Below are positions 17,518-27,657 of a stretch of DNA of 64,000 nucleotides, piece by piece. Position numbers and translations under genes: made by a program. Each line of letters opens with the position of its first letter. The stretch's first letter is position 1. The DNA is taken from the NCBI GenBank assembly GCA_041742135.1, contig JBGSJG010000001.1:3151-67150 (forward strand), given 5' to 3'. The notes below the pieces were generated by a model. It had not been told where the DNA came from and ran no database searches. It saw nothing but the letters and a program-made list of their open reading frames with translations. This DNA is from Patescibacteria group bacterium (GTDB lineage Bacteria > Patescibacteriota > Microgenomatia > UBA8517).

Positions 17518-19134
17518 TTATTTAATCTCCTTAACAGTTAACTCCAAAGTTTTATTTCCTCGCCATTCATTTTGGCTAAGCCTGTAAACAATATCTGCCT
17601 TTCCTTTCTTGATGGCGTCAATAAAATTAAAAGCGATACCACCAATTTTAAGCCCGTTTTTACCCATGAGCAATTTTTTATGCTTTCCACTCTCGCCAAC
17701 GTCGCGAGCTTCAATAATTTCTACATCCCGAGTTACAAAAACTGGCGAAGGATTTTTTGCTCCAAAAGGCTCAAGACGCAAAATTTCATCGTAAGTTTCT
17801 TGGTTTAATAGACTAAAGTCAAGCTCACAGTCTACGGTAGTTTTTCTTTTTAAAACTTCATCTGTTAAAAGTGGTTTAGCAACTTCCTGAATTTTTTCAA
17901 TAAACAGATGAACCTTTGCGGCTTCGATAGTAAAGCCGGCGGCCCCTTCATGTCCACCTCCTTCTAAAATAAACTCCTCGGCTGATCGAATAACTTTTAT
18001 AATATTTAGTCCTGAAATTGATCTTGCAGACGCTTTGTAGACATCTTTTTGTGCAGAAAAAACTATAGATGGCAAATAATATTTTTCGGTAAGCCGACTT
18101 GCGATTAAACCAATAATGCCTTCGTGATAGCTCGCGTGGACTGCTGTAACAATGGTGCCAGGCAAAACCTTAGTTTCATTCTCAGCAATTTTTAAGGCTT
18201 CATCAACAGTAGATTGGCGCTTAGTGTTAAGTTTATTTAGCAAAGCCGCAAGCTTCTCTGCACGAGCTCGATCGGTAGTACACAGAAGACGCAGTGCATC
18301 AAGCCCTTCGGCAAGTCTTCCTGCGGCGTTGATGCGCGGTGCAATTGCGAAGTTTATTTCATACGTTCCAATCTTTTTACCCAAAAGGCCTGCTGTTGCG
18401 AATAGTTTTTTAAGTCCTAAATTTGAGGTTTCATTAAGACTTTCTATTCCATGTTTGGCAAGAGAACGGTTAAAGCCCAAAAGTGGAAGCTGGTCTGCAA
18501 TGACACCAATGGCCGCCAATTCCAAATCACTATCATAGCCGTGGATCGCGTGAGATAAAAACCAAGAAATCCCTGCCCCGCTAGTGATAGTTGTGTGGAC
18601 AATGCAGAAAGCATCGGGCAATTTTTTAAGGTTTGCATGATGATCTGTGACAATCACTTGTATGCCGAGTTTATTAGCCTGGGCTATGCCTTCAAATGCT
18701 ACTATTCCGTTATCGACGGTAACAATTAAGGAGACCTCTGGATATTGTTTTTTTATTTTTTCAACCGAGTGAGGATTAATTCCATAGCCATCTTCAAATC
18801 TGTCGGGAATATATGGAAAAACCTTCGCGCCCAGTGCGTGAAGCGCTCTCCACATTATTGCAGTTGCGCATATGCCGTCAGCATCATAGTCGCCAAAAAT
18901 TACTATCAACTCTTGCCCGCTAACTGCTTTTTTAATCCGAGTTATCGCCTTTTTTAGTGCCTTGCTATCAATCTCTATATCCGCAGGCTTATACTCGGTC
19001 GGGCTTAGTGGCGTCAGGAACGCGTCACGGTCTTTTTTTGAAATCAGCCCGCGGTTTTTTAGTAAGACATCTAGAACTTGTTTAATATTTTTGGGGGTGA
19101 CAGTGCTTTTTACCTCCCAGTCCTTTTCTTGCAT
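17518..19134 (-). CDS. recJ: single-stranded DNA exonuclease RecJ
   Basis: GDYDADG, TVDNG, TDHH, PRINAAGR, GGHEGAAG. Confidence 0.95.
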   Translation of the reverse strand: MQEKDWEVKSTVTPKNIKQVLDVLLKNRGLISKKDRDAFLTPLSPTEYKPADIEIDSKALKKAITRIKKAVSGQELIVIFGDYDADGICATAIMWRALHALGAKVFPYIPDRFEDGYGINPHSVEKIKKQYPEVSLIVTVDNGIVAFEGIAQANKLGIQVIVTDHHANLKKLPDAFCIVHTTITSGAGISWFLSHAIHGYDSDLELAAIGVIADQLPLLGFNRSLAKHGIESLNETSNLGLKKLFATAGLLGKKIGTYEINFAIAPRINAAGRLAEGLDALRLLCTTDRARAEKLAALLNKLNTKRQSTVDEALKIAENETKVLPGTIVTAVHASYHEGIIGLIASRLTEKYYLPSIVFSAQKDVYKASARSISGLNIIKVIRSAEEFILEGGGHEGAAGFTIEAAKVHLFIEKIQEVAKPLLTDEVLKRKTTVDCELDFSLLNQETYDEILRLEPFGAKNPSPVFVTRDVEIIEARDVGESGKHKKLLMGKNGLKIGGIAFNFIDAIKKGKADIVYRLSQNEWRGNKTLELTVKEIK

Positions 19135-19151
19135 AGTAGTATAATGACCTA

Positions 19152-20516
19152 ATGTTGGTTACTTTTCCACCTGAAGTTTTAGAATTAAGTGAAAAATTTA
19201 CGAACTCGGCACACGAGCTTTACTTAATTGGTGGTGCTGTTCGAGACTTGTTGATGGGTAAAACCATTTACGACTGGGACTTCACAACAGATGCAACTCC
19301 CGAGGAAATCTTGCAAATTTTAGGGCCCGACGCTTATTACAACAACACTTTTGGCACTGTTGGCTACCCCGGGCCTGAAGGTGAGCGGCCTTTTGAAATT
19401 ACAACTTACAGAACAGAAGCAGGCTACTCTGACGCGAGACACCCAGATGAGCTCAACTGGGGAAAAAGCTTAGAAGAAGACTTGACCCGTCGGGACTTTA
19501 CGATTAACGCAATGGCCCTTCGACTCGCTTCGCTCGCTCAGGGCAAACCAACTGATCAAAATATTATAGATTTATTCGGAGGACAGCTTGATTTAAAAGC
19601 AAAATTAATCCGCGCTGTGGGTGACCCTGCTGAGCGCTTTCGCGAAGATGCTCTTCGTATGATGCGGGCAGTCAGAATTGCCTCAGAACTGGGCTTTACG
19701 ATTGAAGAAGCCACTTTCAATGCCATTAAAATGCACAGTGGCGCTACCCAAAAAGTTTCCCGAGAACGAGTGCGCGAAGAGCTTTTTAAAATTATGGCTT
19801 CAAGATATCCATACGAAGGCGTGTTACTTCTTCACGGGACAGGGCTTATGGATGAGATTTTGCCAGAGCTTTCTAAAACGTTCGGAGTTGAACAGAAATC
19901 TCCAGGAAGGCATCACATCTACGACGTTGGCACACATTGCTTAATGGCTCTAAAAAACTGTCCTTCGAGTGATCCCTTGGTCCGCTTTGCGACCTTAATT
20001 CATGACATTGGCAAGCCTCAGACTTTTGCAATCAAGGAAGGCATAACAACTTTTTATAATCACGAAGTGATCGGGGCAAGGATTGCCAAAAATATTGCCG
20101 CTCGTTTGCGTTTTCCGAAAAAGGATGCTGATCGCCTTTTTAAATTGGTTCGCTGGCACCAGTTTACAGTCACTGAAAACCAGACAGACAAAGCCATACG
20201 AAGATTTATCACAAAAGTGGGTAGAGATAATGTCGAAGATATGCTGGCGCTTCGCACCGGCGACAGGCTTGGAGGAGGTTCCTCCGAAACCAGCTGGAGA
20301 CTGGAAGAGTTTAAAAAACGGCTTGTTGAAGTTCAAAAGCAACCTTTTAGTGTGCAGGATCTTAAGGTTAACGGCAAAGACGTGATGGATACTCTTAGCC
20401 TAAAACCCGGCCCAAAAGTTGGCGAAATCTTAAACGAACTGTTCAAAAAAGTGGAAGAAAAAGAAGTAGACAACGAAAGAGAAGTTTTACTTGCAAAGCT
20501 AAGAAGTTTTAACTAA
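19152..20516 (+). CDS. cca: CCA tRNA nucleotidyltransferase with HD domain
   Basis: GGAVRD, DWDFTT, RRDFTINAMA, EDALRMMRAVR, HDIGK. Confidence 0.92.
   Translation: MLVTFPPEVLELSEKFTNSAHELYLIGGAVRDLLMGKTIYDWDFTTDATPEEILQILGPDAYYNNTFGTVGYPGPEGERPFEITTYRTEAGYSDARHPDELNWGKSLEEDLTRRDFTINAMALRLASLAQGKPTDQNIIDLFGGQLDLKAKLIRAVGDPAERFREDALRMMRAVRIASELGFTIEEATFNAIKMHSGATQKVSRERVREELFKIMASRYPYEGVLLLHGTGLMDEILPELSKTFGVEQKSPGRHHIYDVGTHCLMALKNCPSSDPLVRFATLIHDIGKPQTFAIKEGITTFYNHEVIGARIAKNIAARLRFPKKDADRLFKLVRWHQFTVTENQTDKAIRRFITKVGRDNVEDMLALRTGDRLGGGSSETSWRLEEFKKRLVEVQKQPFSVQDLKVNGKDVMDTLSLKPGPKVGEILNELFKKVEEKEVDNEREVLLAKLRSFN
19515..19544. repeat. REP-like palindromic element within cca
   Basis: GCCCTTCGACTCGCTTCGCTCGCTCAGGGC has GCCCT/AGGGC inverted ends and encodes ALRLASLAQG in a loop. 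Confidence 0.6.
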
Positions 20517-21413
20517 TTTCCTCGCCTTCCATCTCCTGTAGATAATTACTACCAGAAGCACGGGAACCCAAACTATTGAGTATACAGCAAGCCAAATTGC
20601 CAACTCTCCAATTTTTTGCAAGGTCCCTAGCATGCTTCGCACGGCCAACTTAAATATCACATCTGGCCTAAACTTTGTGTCTGGAGCATAAGGCAAAGAC
20701 AATTCGTCGGTGGATAGATAAACCGTTATCTTCACATAACTGGCATTTTCCTCCAAAGCTTTCTTTTGGCCCATCAGATTATCTATCTGGGTCTGGGTAT
20801 TAATAAGTTCTCGCTGTACAGTCAAAATATCCTGAACCAGTGTGGCATTGTCTAAAATTCCTTCGAACTTGGTCTTTACTCTCTCCAAAGAACTGAGACG
20901 GCTTTCGATATTAACGTATTGTTCTGTTACATCTTTACCAATTAAATTCTCGCTAACAACCTCAATAGCCTGAGACCGGAAGTATTCCAATGTAGCATTT
21001 AACTTGTCAGAAGGAACACGTACAGAAATGTTCGCGTACGGAGAGTCGTTCGGTCGATTGTAGTCGCTTGAAACCATAAAACCTCCCTCGGTTTCTGCTT
21101 TTTTGATAATTGAATCCCCTGCAAGCTTTACATCTTTTACCAACAAAGAAAGGCTGGAATTTTGAACTACCATCCTGTTTGTGACAGGAACGTCGGCAGC
21201 TATCCCACCGTCATAGTATGAAGGCATTGATATGCCCATACTCCCCGCACCACTTGTGCTGCCAAAACTGGCCATCTCCACCACACTACTGGAATAACTA
21301 GGAGATCGCATGAAACTTCCGGTGTTAATCCCGAAAAGTTGAGTTGATAAAAAATACGCTACTACAACCAGAAGCAAAGATGTAAGTTTGTGAGATTTAA
21401 TCCAATTTAGCAT
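20499..21413 (-). CDS. DUF4349 domain membrane protein
   Basis: ISVRVPSDK, DVTEQYVNIESRL, C-terminal TM helix. Confidence 0.85.
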   Translation of the reverse strand: MLNWIKSHKLTSLLLVVVAYFLSTQLFGINTGSFMRSPSYSSSVVEMASFGSTSGAGSMGISMPSYYDGGIAADVPVTNRMVVQNSSLSLLVKDVKLAGDSIIKKAETEGGFMVSSDYNRPNDSPYANISVRVPSDKLNATLEYFRSQAIEVVSENLIGKDVTEQYVNIESRLSSLERVKTKFEGILDNATLVQDILTVQRELINTQTQIDNLMGQKKALEENASYVKITVYLSTDELSLPYAPDTKFRPDVIFKLAVRSMLGTLQKIGELAIWLAVYSIVWVPVLLVVIIYRRWKARKLVKTS

Positions 21414-21423
21414 CCAATTAATA

Positions 21424-22296
21424 CTATTCCTTTTTCAATCTTTTTTGCAAGCGCGTAAGAAATACAAAAAGAGGAACTGCCACAAAAGGAGATGAATAAG
21501 TTCCTGAAACTGCCCCAACCAAAAGGGCGGCCGCAAACCATCTCACCGTGTCGCCTCCCAAGGCCACTAGTGCTATGAGCATGAATATAATCGTCAGGGA
21601 GTTAATAATCGATCTGCGCATGGTTTCGGCGATTGCGCGGTTAGCAACAGTAGTAATTTGCCCACCATGCTTTTTTTGAATTTCGCGAATTCTGTCAAAC
21701 ACCACAATCGTGTCGTGCACAGAAAATGACAAAGTTGTGAGCATCGCCGTTACAAACAAAAAGTCTATCTGCGCTCCCCAGAAGTGACCAAACAAAGCAA
21801 ACATTCCTACTAAAATCATGCTGTCATGAAGCATCGCCAAAATTGCTGAAATGCCAAAGGAGAATTTCTTAAAACTTAAAGCCACCCACAACAAGATTGC
21901 TATTGCGGCAATAACTATTGCAACAATAGTTTTGCGGACGAGCTCGGGGCCAACTGAAGGGCCTACGTTTTGAAGCTGCAATCTTGTAATTTCGAGGCCT
22001 CCGGCTATCTCTTGTGTTTTTGCTTCCTCCTCACTAGACAAATTTTTTGTTTTTACTACCAGCCGATCTTCACCTGAAGAAATTATCTGATAAACCGGAA
22101 TACCTGCTTCTTCAAATTTTACCTTCAACTCATCGGCCGATTTTCCGGCCATCTCATAATCAATTACAGCCCCGCCCGTAAAATCGAGCCCCAATGGAAA
22201 GCCCCAGTTAGCGATTGCAAAAAAACCGATGGCAATTGCAGCCAACGAAATTGCGAAATATATCTTTGTAAACTTCAACCAATTAAAGTAGTTCAT
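21424..22296 (-). CDS. secF: protein translocase subunit SecF
   Basis: LGLDFTGG, VGPSVG, SVHDTIVVFDRIRE. Confidence 0.95.
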   Translation of the reverse strand: MNYFNWLKFTKIYFAISLAAIAIGFFAIANWGFPLGLDFTGGAVIDYEMAGKSADELKVKFEEAGIPVYQIISSGEDRLVVKTKNLSSEEEAKTQEIAGGLEITRLQLQNVGPSVGPELVRKTIVAIVIAAIAILLWVALSFKKFSFGISAILAMLHDSMILVGMFALFGHFWGAQIDFLFVTAMLTTLSFSVHDTIVVFDRIREIQKKHGGQITTVANRAIAETMRRSIINSLTIIFMLIALVALGGDTVRWFAAALLVGAVSGTYSSPFVAVPLFVFLTRLQKRLKKE

Positions 22297-23609
22297 TTTA
22301 TAAATAATCTAAGTAAATTTCTCGAAACAAATACTCCTGTAAATAAGCTGATAAGTATTCCTAAAGCTAGAGTAACTGCGAATCCACGAACAGGACCCGA
22401 GGTGTGTAAAAACGACCACCCAAATGGGTTTGCAAGCACAAACGCCGTCATCAGTGTCGCGATATTTGCATCACGAATCGAATCCCACGCTCGGCCAAAA
22501 GCGGTTTCCAGAGAAAACGCAACCGAGGCTTTCTTGGCACGCTCTTCGCGAAATCTCTCAAAAATTAAAATATTTGAATCGACCGCCATTCCAACGGACA
22601 ATAAAAAGCCCGCAATTCCTGGAAGAGTCAGAACTACTGGTACTAACTTATAAAGAGCTAGTGTGTAAATTCCAAAAAGTATTAGCCCTATGTTTGCCAC
22701 AAGCCCAAGTTTTCTATAAACCAAAACCATAAAAATCATAACGATGGCAACGCCAACCAAGCCTGCCCTTACGCTTTTATCAATCGATGCTTGCCCTAGG
22801 CTTGGGCCAATCGTTCGCTCTTCCAAAAGTTCAATTGACACAGGCAAAGCACCCGCATTAATTTGTATTGAAATCTCGCGAGCAGTTTCTATTGTAAAAT
22901 TGCCTGTAATTTGCGCAGAAGTGCCAATAATTTTTTCCTGAACTACCGGGGCCGAGATTACTTGGCCATCAAGAATTATTGGCAAGACCTTTCCAACATT
23001 TGCTTCGGTAATCGTTTCAAATTTTTTAGCTCCCTCCGGCGTAAACTCAATGCCAACCCCAGGTGAGCCGTCTACTTCACTGAATACCACCTGAGAGCTT
23101 GAAATGTCAGCTCCTGTAAGCTCAGTCGGTACAAGAATCTCTGTCGCCTCCTCGCCTTCCGGAGTGTCTGGTGCTGTTTGAACCTCGGCAAACACCAAAC
23201 TTGCTGTTTTCCCGATTAAATTTTTAGCCTCAGATGTGTCAGTCACTCCTGGAAGTTCAACGATGATTCTGTCCCTGCCTTCAAAACTTGCTGTCTGGAC
23301 ATTGGCTTCAGACACTCCAAACAGATTAATACGCTGAGAAATTACTTCGACAAGACCCGCAAGGGCATTTTCTTTCTCTACCCCGGAAAGCTCATCAGTC
23401 TTTGCTTCAAAAACAAAATGGCTTCCACCAACCAAATCAAGTCCAAGTTTTAGTTCAAAATCACGAAAAATCTCAATATTACCGAACTTGATGTTTAAAG
23501 GCTGTTTTTCAAGATTTATAAAAGGTAATTTATTCGGAAGGGCAATCAGAAGTGACACAAACGTGATGACTAAAATAATTAATACACTTTTAAGAGGATT
23601 TTTATACAT
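22293..23609 (-). CDS. secD: protein translocase subunit SecD
   Basis: LGLDLVGG, IGPSLG, GMAVDSNILIFERFREE. Confidence 0.95.
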   Translation of the reverse strand: MYKNPLKSVLIILVITFVSLLIALPNKLPFINLEKQPLNIKFGNIEIFRDFELKLGLDLVGGSHFVFEAKTDELSGVEKENALAGLVEVISQRINLFGVSEANVQTASFEGRDRIIVELPGVTDTSEAKNLIGKTASLVFAEVQTAPDTPEGEEATEILVPTELTGADISSSQVVFSEVDGSPGVGIEFTPEGAKKFETITEANVGKVLPIILDGQVISAPVVQEKIIGTSAQITGNFTIETAREISIQINAGALPVSIELLEERTIGPSLGQASIDKSVRAGLVGVAIVMIFMVLVYRKLGLVANIGLILFGIYTLALYKLVPVVLTLPGIAGFLLSVGMAVDSNILIFERFREERAKKASVAFSLETAFGRAWDSIRDANIATLMTAFVLANPFGWSFLHTSGPVRGFAVTLALGILISLFTGVFVSRNLLRLFIK

Positions 23610-23613
23610 AACG

Positions 23614-24198
23614 CTAGCCTACAAGAAGATCTTCGTCACCAATAATCATAATTCGGCTTGCAGCCATTATTCCTTGCAAGAACGGGTCACGGCGCTTTCT
23701 TCTAAAATCAAGCTCTTCGCGGCTCATGACGGTGTAGTTTATCTCGACTCCTCGCCTTGATTCTTCAGCACGTATCATCGTGGCCAGTTCAGGAAGTACA
23801 ACCTCTCCGACGATTAAGATATCAACTTGGTCTTCTTTTTTCCTGGGTTTGTGGCGTGCAAACCCTCCTGAAAACATCACAAATCCAAGCTTTCCCAGTT
23901 TTTGCCTATTGGCTATAAGTTCAGAACCTAGTCCTGTTGTTTTTGCTACCATTGACAATAAATCGCCAAACATAGGGTAATCGTCTCGAACCCAATAATA
24001 AACTCTATTTCCACGAGCTTCTTTTTTGATAACTCCCGCAGTTTCAAGTCGAAGTAAGTCTCTGCGCACTGCATTAATTTCTTCTTTAACTTCCCGGACT
24101 ACACCACGCACATGATACATTTCATTCGGATTAGAAAAGAACAGCTCAATGAGCTTAATCCTTACTTTTGAGGTAATAATGTCGCGTAAATCTGCCAT
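23614..24198 (-). CDS. winged-HTH protein with degenerate nucleotidyltransferase domain
   Basis: N-terminal wHTH (HVRGVVREVKEEINAVRRDL...GNRVYY); FSGGFAR...VDILIVG. Confidence 0.75.
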   Translation of the reverse strand: MADLRDIITSKVRIKLIELFFSNPNEMYHVRGVVREVKEEINAVRRDLLRLETAGVIKKEARGNRVYYWVRDDYPMFGDLLSMVAKTTGLGSELIANRQKLGKLGFVMFSGGFARHKPRKKEDQVDILIVGEVVLPELATMIRAEESRRGVEINYTVMSREELDFRRKRRDPFLQGIMAASRIMIIGDEDLLVG

Positions 24199-24199
24199 A

Positions 24200-24217
24200 A
24201 ATTCCTGGGCAGGAATT
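24200..24217. promoter_or_regulatory. perfect 8-bp inverted repeat, candidate operator
   Basis: AATTCCTG-GG-CAGGAATT lies immediately before the wHTH gene start codon. Confidence 0.4.
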
Positions 24218-24219
24218 AA

Positions 24220-25437
24220 TTAATATTCTACTACATTTCCGGTGGGTACGGCTTCGATCCAAATTGTTCCTCGAACAAAACTGATTTCCTGACCGTTCTC
24301 ATCAAAAAACTTAGTACGGTCAAATTGAGAATCTTTTTCCCAAGTCCCTTCGGTGACTCCGCCATTATTGAAAACCATTGCTTCTCCTCCACCAGTAGTT
24401 TCGTAATACACATGGCCTTCTTCGTCGATGTCAGTTTCTTCGTCTACAAACATCACAGCGATATTTTTTGTAGAAAGCTGAGGCTTGTCAAACTCCCAAT
24501 CTGTGTGTTTCTGGCCCCCATTTAGCCTGAGGTAGCTATTAGTTCTCTCGTCATACTGCCACTCAACAGTATAGTCAGATTTCCCTGACCAAAAATCAAA
24601 AGCGATCTTGGTGATATCGGAGTTGATTGCGGGCGAATCGTTAGTGAACTTCCAAGGTGTAAATCCCTTGTCCCAATTTCCATCAAAACCTCGAGACACT
24701 CCAAGATCGAAAAGTAAATCGGTAGATCCCACTGCTGAGTGCTCCCATGCTGCAGGAGTTTCACTCAAACGGTACTGATCACGGACAATCGCAGGAGCTC
24801 CAGCATTTGCGCCACCATCCAAGGCGTTGCCTTTAGAATGTCGCCAGCCCATGTCGATTAACTTCTCGATGGCCATAACTCGAGGATCCACAGTGCCTTT
24901 TCGCTTTGTGCCGTTTGCTAAACAAGCTGGATCTTCTTTGTTGGTACAAATATTATTAGCCCCTCCAAAGTGCACATAAAGCGGCTCTGTGCCATACTCT
25001 GAAATCCAATCAATGAAGTAAACTCGAGCGCTTCGAATTGGCCCGATCGTAACATTCTCAGCTGCGGCTGCACAGTAATATAGTGCTAGAAATCTTGTAA
25101 TTCCGCCTTCTGCGACTGCTTCGTAAACTACATCTGCACGCGAAAGCCCTGACTGCGGACGAGAGTCTAAGTGATTTTCAATCATGACCCCCATAGGCCT
25201 TCGACCTTCCCAAATGTCGCGCTCCACTTCGCTATACATCGCGCCATTTAAAATACATTCTTCGGTTTTTGGAAGTTCGGCAATTCTTGATCGTGCTGAG
25301 TCTAGCTCGTCAGAGCTTACTCCAGCTCCTGCCCTAGTGTATGAGAAAACAATCCAAGAAACTCCTGCAACGACAAGATATAAGCCTGCGAAGCTTAAAA
25401 TTAATGTGCCTTTTTTAGACTTAAATAAATTTTTCAT
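24220..25437 (-). CDS. DUF3048 domain exported protein
   Basis: VMIENHLDSRPQSGLSRADVVYEAVAEGGITRF, GPIRSAR. Confidence 0.88.
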   Translation of the reverse strand: MKNLFKSKKGTLILSFAGLYLVVAGVSWIVFSYTRAGAGVSSDELDSARSRIAELPKTEECILNGAMYSEVERDIWEGRRPMGVMIENHLDSRPQSGLSRADVVYEAVAEGGITRFLALYYCAAAAENVTIGPIRSARVYFIDWISEYGTEPLYVHFGGANNICTNKEDPACLANGTKRKGTVDPRVMAIEKLIDMGWRHSKGNALDGGANAGAPAIVRDQYRLSETPAAWEHSAVGSTDLLFDLGVSRGFDGNWDKGFTPWKFTNDSPAINSDITKIAFDFWSGKSDYTVEWQYDERTNSYLRLNGGQKHTDWEFDKPQLSTKNIAVMFVDEETDIDEEGHVYYETTGGGEAMVFNNGGVTEGTWEKDSQFDRTKFFDENGQEISFVRGTIWIEAVPTGNVVEY

Positions 25438-25438
25438 T

Positions 25439-25903
25439 TTACTTTTTTAAGGCCTCAGCAAGCGCCTTTTCTTCCTCTTGGGCAAGTTCGTACTTACTTT
25501 TGCCCCCATTCACCGGTTTAGTATACACTCTTGTGCGATCTCTGGTGTGAAGAGTTGTTAGTATAAAACCCTCCCCTTCACCATTTAACAAGCATAAAGA
25601 AAAACTTTGATCTCCGCCTGTTTCGTTAAAAGGATTAAAGCGTACCAGTCCAACTTTTTGAATAGGCACAACCTCCCTTTTAATGATTTTATCAACCTCG
25701 CCCGACAATCTTTTGATTTCAGAAGAATTTGTTTCCTCAGATTTCAAAACAGTCTCGATTGCACGAATAACATCTCCACCTTGAGCTTTTCCTGCAATTC
25801 TTCTGTAATGAACTAAAATCTTCCAAAATACATAAGACAAACCGGAAAGCCAAAGCACAAGAGCAATCAGTATTATCGGTAAAAGATCCTCTAACTCTCT
25901 CAC
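25439..25903 (-). CDS. DUF4446 family membrane protein
   Basis: QKVGLVRFNPFNETGGDQSFS, RVYTKP. Confidence 0.85.
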   Translation of the reverse strand: MRELEDLLPIILIALVLWLSGLSYVFWKILVHYRRIAGKAQGGDVIRAIETVLKSEETNSSEIKRLSGEVDKIIKREVVPIQKVGLVRFNPFNETGGDQSFSLCLLNGEGEGFILTTLHTRDRTRVYTKPVNGGKSKYELAQEEEKALAEALKK

Positions 25904-25968
25904 ATTAAGCGACTAGACAAATTGTGTCAAGATTGACTTCAATTGTATAGTATTATATCTCAAAATAT

Positions 25969-26571
25969 ATGATTAACTACGGGCAAGTTTTTAAAGTTTT
26001 TGAAAAAAACTATATCGAAGTCCCTCTGGAAGTTTTTGGTGACGACCCCTACAGAACCCTTGTTTCCACACTTTTATCCTCGAGAACGAATGACGACACG
26101 ACTTTAAGTGCCGCAACACGCCTCTTTCTAGAATGCCCCGACATTAAGACTCTGGAGAAGCTGCCCCAAGAGAGAATCTCAGAATTAATTTATCCAGTTG
26201 GTTTTTATAAAACCAAAGCGAAACATCTGAAAACATTGGCGAAAATTGTTCTGAATAATTTTGAAGGAAAAGTGCCTAAGACTCGAGAGGGTTTGATGAA
26301 GCTTCCGGGAGTGGGCAGAAAAACCGCGAACTTGGTTTTGAATCGAGCTTTTGGCATTCCCGCAATCGCTGTTGACACGCACGTTCATCGAATAAGTAAT
26401 TTACTCGGGTGGGTGAAAACACAAAAACCGGAGCAAACTGAGTTAAAATTGATGGAAATTATTCCTCAAAAGTATTGGCCAAAGCTTAATAAGTTGTTTG
26501 TATCAATTGGGAGACAATACAGAAGCGAGAGACAATTGAAAGAATTTCTAAATGCCAACGAGCTAATCTAG
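25969..26571 (+). CDS. nth: endonuclease III (HhH-GPD), lacking the 4Fe-4S motif
   Basis: LPGVGRKTANLVL, AVDTHVHR; no C-terminal Cys cluster. Confidence 0.88.
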   Translation: MINYGQVFKVFEKNYIEVPLEVFGDDPYRTLVSTLLSSRTNDDTTLSAATRLFLECPDIKTLEKLPQERISELIYPVGFYKTKAKHLKTLAKIVLNNFEGKVPKTREGLMKLPGVGRKTANLVLNRAFGIPAIAVDTHVHRISNLLGWVKTQKPEQTELKLMEIIPQKYWPKLNKLFVSIGRQYRSERQLKEFLNANELI

Positions 26572-27200
26572 TAAGCGGCGATTCCTACGCCAAAACCATT
26601 TTGGGCATAAGTGCAACCCCAGACGTATTCACCGCCGGTTAATAACTTTTTGTGACCGAGCGTATTCTCCCACAAACCAACAGCTTCTTTAGCTGACACT
26701 GCGCCTGAAACCAAAAATTCAGAAATGTTGTATTTTTCAAATATCCATTTTAAGTCCTCTCTTCGCTCAGCAAGTGTGCCAAAACCTTCGTGGCCATCTA
26801 GCTTGCCCAAATCCAATAGTTCATTCAAACGGATAGACGCGATGGTGCAAAGCTCACCGGCATTTTCGAGTGAATTTACACCCAACTCTTTTCTTCTTTT
26901 GTTGACCTCCTCCCAAAGCTCGGGGCCAGACCAGTTTGGACTGCTGGGAGCCTGTGGAGAAATTACAATGGTTCTTGGAGTAGGTGTAGGGGCCTCACCC
27001 ACAACGGTCGAGCTAACCTGTGTCGACTCATTTAAGATTTCGTCAATTCGACTCTGAGCTTGCCCAAAACCTGTATTTATGCCATTAAAATAACCATAAA
27101 GATAAACAACATACAAAAGTGCGGTTGCGCCCACTGAAAAGACGAGAACACTAATGCTCATCTTTAAAGCTTGTTTCAACTGACTAAGCAAGTATTTCAT
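26568..27200 (-). CDS. CAP (SCP-like) domain membrane protein
   Basis: VNKRRKELG, LDGHEGF, WENTLGHKKLL; N-terminal TM helix. Confidence 0.75.
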   Translation of the reverse strand: MKYLLSQLKQALKMSISVLVFSVGATALLYVVYLYGYFNGINTGFGQAQSRIDEILNESTQVSSTVVGEAPTPTPRTIVISPQAPSSPNWSGPELWEEVNKRRKELGVNSLENAGELCTIASIRLNELLDLGKLDGHEGFGTLAERREDLKWIFEKYNISEFLVSGAVSAKEAVGLWENTLGHKKLLTGGEYVWGCTYAQNGFGVGIAAY

Positions 27201-27201
27201 T

Positions 27202-27642
27202 TTATTTTGAATCTAGTGTAATAGTAACAGGACCATCAAGTGTCGTGCTAATAGTCATATAATTTCCAAAACTACCTGTCGCAACAGCCAAACTAGACTT
27301 TTTTAAAAGCTCAACAAAATATTCATAAAGCGCTCTAGCCCTGTCGGGGTCCTCTGCCTCTACAAACGACGGGCGATTTCCACCCGCCGTATTGGCATGT
27401 AAAGTAAATTGAGAAACCACAAGCAGTTGCGCGCTGGCATCTTTCACAGAGAGATTCATTTTGTCTTGACCATCGGCCATTACACGAAGCTTGAGAAGTT
27501 TTTCACTTAAAAATTCTACTTCGGCTTTTGTGTCACCTTTTTTAAATCCCACCAAAACCAATAGGCCATTTTGGATATTGCCTACGATTTTCTCTTTTGA
27601 AGTTACCGAAGCACTTCTGACTCGCTGAATTACTAGACGCAT
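27202..27642 (-). CDS. dtd: D-aminoacyl-tRNA deacylase
   Basis: MRLVIQRV, VSQFTL, DGPVT. Confidence 0.95.
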   Translation of the reverse strand: MRLVIQRVRSASVTSKEKIVGNIQNGLLVLVGFKKGDTKAEVEFLSEKLLKLRVMADGQDKMNLSVKDASAQLLVVSQFTLHANTAGGNRPSFVEAEDPDRARALYEYFVELLKKSSLAVATGSFGNYMTISTTLDGPVTITLDSK

Positions 27643-27657
27643 TAAAAATTTTTTTGT

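Noticed and set aside
14646-19134. shortened AspRS, RelA and RecJ as pseudogenes
   Set aside because: Catalytic motifs are intact and the frames are uninterrupted; domain trimming is typical of CPR.
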